A DNA stretch of 64,000 nucleotides from Spirochaetia bacterium (GTDB lineage Bacteria > Spirochaetota > Spirochaetia > SZUA-6 > Bin103), in the NCBI GenBank assembly GCA_965208575.1, contig CBDBOV010000006.1:352001-416000 (forward strand), given 5' to 3'. Below the pieces are notes generated by a model, which did not search any database, was not told the DNA's origin, and saw only the letters and a program-made list of their open reading frames with translations. Below, piece by piece: positions 56,981 through 64,000 of the stretch (position 1 is the stretch's first letter; each line of letters opens with the position of its first letter). A program made the position numbers and the translations under genes.

Positions 56981-59555
56981 GCGCCGGCGGCTGGTGGCGG
57001 CGGCACTGCTGCTGGCGGCATTGGCGGCGGCGGAGTTGGCCGCGCAGCAGCACCCGGCGGAGCGGCGGACCACTACCGTGACCGTGGTCGCCACCAGCGC
57101 GGTGGACCGACTGCCCGGCGACCGGCTCGCCGCCGCGGTGGCATGGCTGCTCGGCGAGTGGTACGGACCCGCGGTCGCCGGCCGCGCCGCGCCCGGCGGT
57201 GAGACCGACGCCCCGCCGCCGGAAGCGATACGGTTGCAGTTGGCGCTGACCGAGGGCGACCGGGGGTTGCATCTGCGCAGCGAGCTCATCGAGCGGGGGC
57301 GCTCGGCAGGCGTGCGCAGCGCATGGCTGCCGGCCGGATCTGTCGGCGCGGTCACCGCCACCGCCGCCGGCGACGGGTTCCTGCTGTGGTCCGAGGCGCG
57401 CCGATTTCCCCACCTGCGCGGCCTCGGTACCCCGCCCGACCGCAGCGCATGGCTGCCGGCGGCCGGTCTGGCCCGGATCGTGCAGCGCCCCGTTACCGGA
57501 CGCGACGTGCAGGCGGCGGCGGCCTACCCCGGCGGCGTGCTGGTGTTGCTCGCGGATGGCCCGCTCGCCCTCGGCCCGCGGTTCGAGATTGTCCCGGACA
57601 CGGCGGCGTGGCTCACCTGGCGCGAGGAGCCGCCGGCCGCCGGCGCGCCGTGGCGGAACCTGTACCCGCTGCACGACGGGCGGGTGGTACTGGAACCGTG
57701 GAGCGGGAACCCGGTGGTCACGGCCGCGTGGCAGGCGGCGGTGCGCGCGACCGGCCCACCTGCTCTGTTCGCAGGACCCGGGGAGGGCGCCGCGTCCCCC
57801 GCGGCCCTGCTCGCCGTTGCCCCGGACGGCACCGCTGCGTGGCACGAGGGGGACACGCTGACCATGCTCGGCTACGGCGCCGCCCGGCCCGACCGCGTGC
57901 GCCTGCCGCTCGGCAGCGTGGCCCCGACCGCGGTCGCCGCCGACGGCGGCGGCTTGCTGTGGATGTTCGACCCGCGCGAGCGCCGCATACGGGCATTCGC
58001 CGCCACCGGCGGCGGCCTGCGCCAGGTGCTGGCGGTCACCCCCATGCTGCCGGCGCAGGAGCTGGGCGGCGTGCAGGCGATCGCGGTCACCGCGGCCGGC
58101 CGGTTGCTGATCGGCTCGCAGCGCGCGGTGTGGAACGTGGACCGCCGCGGTGTGCCGCGCTGGGTACTGCCCCTGTTGCAGACGCAACCGCGGCAGCGGC
58201 TGCCGCAGGCCTTCAGTCTGGCCGCCGGCGCCGAACCTGGCGCGTTTCTGCTGCTCGACCGCACCACCGGCAGCGTGCACCGGTTCGCCGAGCAGCCGGA
58301 GCCGGCGGCCGACCGGCACCCTGCCTCCGGCACCGACCGGAAGCCCGGTGCGCTGGCAGCCGCCCTCGCCGACAGCGCCATGCACGCCGCCGAGCGCGCC
58401 TGGCAGCAGCGCCGCCCGCGGTCCGCCGCGCTGCTGCTCGCCGCCGCCTCCGGCCACCTGAAGCAGTGGCACGCGGCCGACCCGCTCGCCGAAGGCGTCG
58501 AGCGAAGGTCGGCCGCCATCGAGCAACTCGGCAAAGCCGTGGAACATGCGCTGTACGGAGCACCGCCGTTGACCGCTCGCATCGCACCCGGCCGCTTCCA
58601 CCCCGCGCTCGCCGCGTTCTACGAGACGCATCCTTTCACGCTGACCGTGCGCAACGCCGCGCGGGACCGCGCGCCCACGGAGGTCGCGCTCGGCATCGCG
58701 GGAGTGACATCCGCCATCACGGTCGCCGCGCCCGCCCTGGCCGCGGGCGAACAGGTCGACCTGCCGGTTCAGCTCCACGCCGCGCCGAGCGCCGGCGGCG
58801 CCGCGGTGCCGTACGACACCACGCTGTGGCTCGCCGCCGCCGCGCACGCCGACGGGGCGCCGGTGCTCAGCGCCATCCCGTTCGCGGTGGAGCCGCGGCG
58901 CTGCCGGCCACAGCAGGCGGTGGCCACGCCCGCCGGCCCGGCTCACGCCGCGTTTCTGCGCTGGCACCTGGCCGCGGCGGCGACCGCCCCCGCACCGGCG
59001 GCGCCGGTCGGCCTGCCCTCCTATCGCCTGCTCGACCGCCTGGCCCGGCTCGCCGACGTGGCGGCCGGCACGCGCTGCCTGCAGCCGGCAGACCACACGC
59101 TCGCGGCGCTGTCCGGCAGCGCGACCGACTGGGCCGTGGCGGTAGCCGGGGTGCTGCACCAGCGTGGCACACCCGCGGCGCTGCTGCTGAGCGAGGCCGC
59201 GCCGGTCCTGGTGTTGGCATGGTTCGAGCACCGCGGCGAAGCGGTCGATCCGGCGGCGCCGCGCCTTGCGCCGGAATTGCAGCGGAAAGTAGCCGCGCAC
59301 CTGGAGGAGGCGGAGCAGGCGGTCCCGCCGGGCCCGGTATGGGCGCTGCAGCCGGTTGCCGGGGCGGCGTCTGCCGACGGCGGCGCGGCGGCGTGGAGCG
59401 TGCGCGGCGGCGCCGCGGCGGCCGCTGCACTGGCCGCCGGCCGCGCCCACATCGTTACCGTCCGGGGCGATCCGGACCGCGGACCGTCCACGTTGCCGCG
59501 AACGCCCGCGGTGCAGGCGGTGCTGCCGCTCGCGGACGCCGGCGAGAACGGATAG
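56958..59555 (+). CDS. Large exported protein with NHL-like propeller segments and a degenerate transglutaminase-like C-terminus
   Basis: Signal peptide from ATG 56958; PTAVAADGGGLLWMFD..RIRAF repeats; LQP..TLA..SGSATDWA..L..RG. Start could lie further upstream. Confidence 0.6.
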   Translation: MAALRRPLRRRLVAAALLLAALAAAELAAQQHPAERRTTTVTVVATSAVDRLPGDRLAAAVAWLLGEWYGPAVAGRAAPGGETDAPPPEAIRLQLALTEGDRGLHLRSELIERGRSAGVRSAWLPAGSVGAVTATAAGDGFLLWSEARRFPHLRGLGTPPDRSAWLPAAGLARIVQRPVTGRDVQAAAAYPGGVLVLLADGPLALGPRFEIVPDTAAWLTWREEPPAAGAPWRNLYPLHDGRVVLEPWSGNPVVTAAWQAAVRATGPPALFAGPGEGAASPAALLAVAPDGTAAWHEGDTLTMLGYGAARPDRVRLPLGSVAPTAVAADGGGLLWMFDPRERRIRAFAATGGGLRQVLAVTPMLPAQELGGVQAIAVTAAGRLLIGSQRAVWNVDRRGVPRWVLPLLQTQPRQRLPQAFSLAAGAEPGAFLLLDRTTGSVHRFAEQPEPAADRHPASGTDRKPGALAAALADSAMHAAERAWQQRRPRSAALLLAAASGHLKQWHAADPLAEGVERRSAAIEQLGKAVEHALYGAPPLTARIAPGRFHPALAAFYETHPFTLTVRNAARDRAPTEVALGIAGVTSAITVAAPALAAGEQVDLPVQLHAAPSAGGAAVPYDTTLWLAAAAHADGAPVLSAIPFAVEPRRCRPQQAVATPAGPAHAAFLRWHLAAAATAPAPAAPVGLPSYRLLDRLARLADVAAGTRCLQPADHTLAALSGSATDWAVAVAGVLHQRGTPAALLLSEAAPVLVLAWFEHRGEAVDPAAPRLAPELQRKVAAHLEEAEQAVPPGPVWALQPVAGAASADGGAAAWSVRGGAAAAAALAAGRAHIVTVRGDPDRGPSTLPRTPAVQAVLPLADAGENG

Positions 59556-59702
59556 CTCCGCACCGCCGTGCCGCGCCGCTCAGGCGGCGCAATCCGCGCG
59601 TCGCACCGCTTTCCCGGGGGACCGCCGCCACTACGATATGCGCCACGTACGGAAGGAGAGCATCACCGCCGGCCGGCAGCGCCCGCGGACGCCGCCGGCG
59701 CG

Positions 59703-60617
59703 TCACCCCCTGGTGCTGCCGTGCGCTTCTGCCCGCGGGACCGGCGCGGCGCCGGCGAGCGGCAGTTTGAGGTGCAACGAATCGACGCTGAATCCCACCT
59801 TCTCGAACAGCCCGGACACGCCGAGGGCGGCAGCGCCGAGTTGGGCGCGCAGCGACGTCACGCCGTGTTCGGCCGCCACGTCGGCGAGCGCCTGCAGCAG
59901 TCGCGCGGCGAGCCCGAGTCCACGGTAGTAGGGCATTACGGCAAGCTGGATCATATCCCATTGGTCAGCGCTGCATGCCCGCGCCCAGGCCATGCCCACG
60001 ACCTCGTCCTGCGGCGCGCACGCTATCACCAGGTGCGATCCGGGCGCGGCGAGCTCGCAGCGGCGCCGTTCCAGGTGGCTGCCCAATTCGCGCGCCGGCA
60101 CCTGGCGCAACTCCATCAGCGCCTCGACATCCACCAGGTGCGCGCCGTCGAGATGGGTCGCCTGCGCCGGGACCACCACGAAGTCGGATACCGTCAGGTC
60201 GTCGGTCTCCTCCGGTTCCGGCCCCAGGCGCTCCAGGCCGGCGGCCTCCCGTTCCTGGTTGTACCAGTCCCGCACCACGCGCCGCATCTCCTGTTCCTTG
60301 AACCGGTACCAGCGTCGCTCCAGGTCGCGGCTCTGCTTGAGCACGTTCTTGAAGCTGCGGAACACCCCCTTGCCGGTGGACAGGGCGGAGCGCAACTGGT
60401 GGCGCACGTGGTGATTGGACACCGATGCCACGAACCGTTCCATGAGGTAGAAGCCATCGACCGGTTTCCATGCCGGCAGCGGCACGAACTCGGACGGGTC
60501 GTCCGGCAGTTGCGCCACGAGGGTGCCGTCGCGGCGATGGATGTATGCGTTCGAGCCTTGATCTTCCATGGCGAAAATGACCTGGTCGAAGACTTCCGGT
60601 GAAAGCTCGAACTCCAT
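59703..60617 (-). CDS. UPF0158 domain-GNAT acetyltransferase fusion
   Basis: IFAMEDQ, GFYLMERFV, GKGVFRSFKNVL, WY.FKE (UPF0158-like); LAVMPYYRGLGLA..LFEKVGF (GNAT). Confidence 0.85.
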   Translation of the reverse strand: MEFELSPEVFDQVIFAMEDQGSNAYIHRRDGTLVAQLPDDPSEFVPLPAWKPVDGFYLMERFVASVSNHHVRHQLRSALSTGKGVFRSFKNVLKQSRDLERRWYRFKEQEMRRVVRDWYNQEREAAGLERLGPEPEETDDLTVSDFVVVPAQATHLDGAHLVDVEALMELRQVPARELGSHLERRRCELAAPGSHLVIACAPQDEVVGMAWARACSADQWDMIQLAVMPYYRGLGLAARLLQALADVAAEHGVTSLRAQLGAAALGVSGLFEKVGFSVDSLHLKLPLAGAAPVPRAEAHGSTRG

Positions 60618-60666
60618 ATTACGAAGGTACGGGGCACCCTCGAATACGGCAAGACTGCGCGGTTGA

Positions 60667-62597
<1,931 letters not shown>

Positions 62598-62699
62598 CGT
62601 GTCGCCTGGCCGCGCCCACGGGACAGCAGCCCCGCGGCGGGCGCCTCGAAGCTGCTCGATGGCAGGGATGGAATCGGCGGCGGCGGCCAGGGTGGGCAG

Positions 62700-63092
62700 C
62701 TAACGCTTGGAGAACTGGAACCGGCGGCGTGCCTTGGGCTGCCCGTACTTCTTGCGTTCGACCATGCGCCGGTCGCGGGTCAGCATGCCGTTCGCGCGCA
62801 GGGCGCGCCGGTTGGCTTCGTCGTGGCCGACCAGCGCGCGCGCCAGTCCGTGCCGGCAAGCGCCGGCCTGGCCGTGCGTGCCGCCGCCGACCACGCGGAT
62901 CAGCACGTCGTAGTTGGTGAGGTTGTCGGTCACGTCGAGCGGCTCGACCACTTCCCGCTCCATGTCGGCGGCGTGGAAGTAGTCGCTCAGCGACCTCCCG
63001 TTCACGTCGATGTTGCCGTTGCCATTGCGCAGGTAGACCCGCGCGACCGCGGTCTTGCGGCGTCCGGTTCCAATCGCCAGGTTGCTTGCCAC
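62700..63092 (-). CDS. rpsI: 30S ribosomal protein S9
   Basis: GTGRRKTAVARV, GGGTHGQAGA, LTRD.RMVERKKYG..KARRRFQFSKR. Confidence 0.99.
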   Translation of the reverse strand: MASNLAIGTGRRKTAVARVYLRNGNGNIDVNGRSLSDYFHAADMEREVVEPLDVTDNLTNYDVLIRVVGGGTHGQAGACRHGLARALVGHDEANRRALRANGMLTRDRRMVERKKYGQPKARRRFQFSKR

Positions 63093-63117
63093 GTTTATCG
63101 ATACTCCCTTGTCGTCG

Positions 63118-63555
63118 TCACAGCGCGAGTTCCTCCGGCTTCTGGGCCGCGTGCGGGTGCGCGCCATCCGCGTAGATCTTGACATTGCGCAGCAGCTTGC
63201 GCCCGAGACGGCCCTTCGGGAGCATCCCGCGCACCGCCTCCTGCATCGGAAACACCGGCTTGCGCGCGATCACCTTGCGATAGTTTTCCGTCTTGAGCCC
63301 GCCGGGGTAGCCGGAGTGGCGGTAGTACTGCTTCTGCTCCATCTTTCTGCCGGTGACCACCGCGTGCCGTGCGTTGATCACAATGACGTGGTCGCCCACC
63401 TCCTGGTGCGGGGTGTAGTAGGGCCGATGCTTGCCGCGCAACAGGGTGGCGACGCGGGTAGCCACCCGCCCGAGGGGGTGGCCGCCGGCATCGATGACGT
63501 ACCACTTGCGCGCAATGTCGCGCGGATTGAGAAACTGCGTTTGTGTGGATTCCAT
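63118..63555 (-). CDS. rplM: 50S ribosomal protein L13
   Basis: WYVIDA..LGRVAT, LRGKHRP.YTPH..GDHVIVINA, YYRHSGYPGGLK, AVRGMLPK. Confidence 0.99.
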   Translation of the reverse strand: MESTQTQFLNPRDIARKWYVIDAGGHPLGRVATRVATLLRGKHRPYYTPHQEVGDHVIVINARHAVVTGRKMEQKQYYRHSGYPGGLKTENYRKVIARKPVFPMQEAVRGMLPKGRLGRKLLRNVKIYADGAHPHAAQKPEELAL

Positions 63556-63703
63556 GGGCAATACTCGATTGGGGCGGCCCGCTAGAGCGCGGAGCCGGCC
63601 AAAGTTAGTGCAACCAATGGTGCGCTGTCAACTAGAAGCGCCGCTCGCGCCGCTCGCTGCCCGGTGCCAGCCACCCGATGCCAGTCGATTCGGTGTTGTC
63701 GGA

Positions 63704-64000
63704 TCAGCAGGTGCGGGCCTGCATGAGCTCGACGATGAGGTTGTTGAGCTTGCTTCGGGTGTCGAAGTAGACGGCGCTACGTTTGGCCTGCCCCTTGGGC
63801 GTGATGCTGAGGATGACCGGGAACCCCTTCTCGACCATGCTGGCCGTCTCTGCTTCCAGGTCGTCGACGGTGTACGCGATATGACCGATGCCGGCGCCGA
63901 GGCCGCCGGTACCGACGCTCTCCAGCAGCTCCTTGTGCACTGTGTGGCCCTGAAGCGGTTGAAGGAGCTCGATCCCCAGCGGGCCAAGCGCACCCATCGC
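63704..64000 (-). CDS. VOC/glyoxalase (methylmalonyl-CoA epimerase-like) protein, C-terminal part
   Basis: GIELLQP..GIGHIAYTVDDLE..YFDTR..IVELMQ; 5' end outside the window. Confidence 0.8.
   Translation of the reverse strand, partial: AMGALGPLGIELLQPLQGHTVHKELLESVGTGGLGAGIGHIAYTVDDLEAETASMVEKGFPVILSITPKGQAKRSAVYFDTRSKLNNLIVELMQARTC

Overview
High-GC (~70% by eye) bacterial chromosome segment, most likely a Spirochaetota lineage (16S 5' motif, tRNA-Ala-only rrn spacer, solo groEL, short ThrS, MurE without the DNPR motif). It is mostly core genome: a complete rrn operon on the minus strand (16S-tRNA-Ala-23S-5S), tRNA-Cys, thrS, secD/secF/yajC, groEL, birA, 2-oxoacid dehydrogenase E1a/E1b/E2, cysS, murD, murE, a Fem-type transferase, hflKC, eno, recX, rpsI and rplM. 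The left 15 kb is more accessory: cytochrome c biogenesis and bacilliredoxin genes, a CsoR-CopA-cytochrome c copper module, a regulated uppS cassette, and fucose isomerase/sugar kinase genes. I see no CRISPR array, integrase, transposase or prophage. The most interesting observations are: (i) a membrane-anchored PknB-like pseudokinase directly upstream of murD; (ii) two exported transglutaminase-like proteins that both lack the catalytic Cys, one in an ECF/anti-sigma operon; (iii) a tandem two-domain CDP-alcohol phosphotransferase; (iv) a phage-CII-like helical protein coupled to pdhA; (v) palindromic operators before the DUF2089, uppS and CsoR units; (vi) a duplicated fucI 3' end with mostly silent differences next to a REP-like double hairpin; (vii) many apparently leaderless genes. 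All family assignments come from motif recognition by eye; no database search was run.
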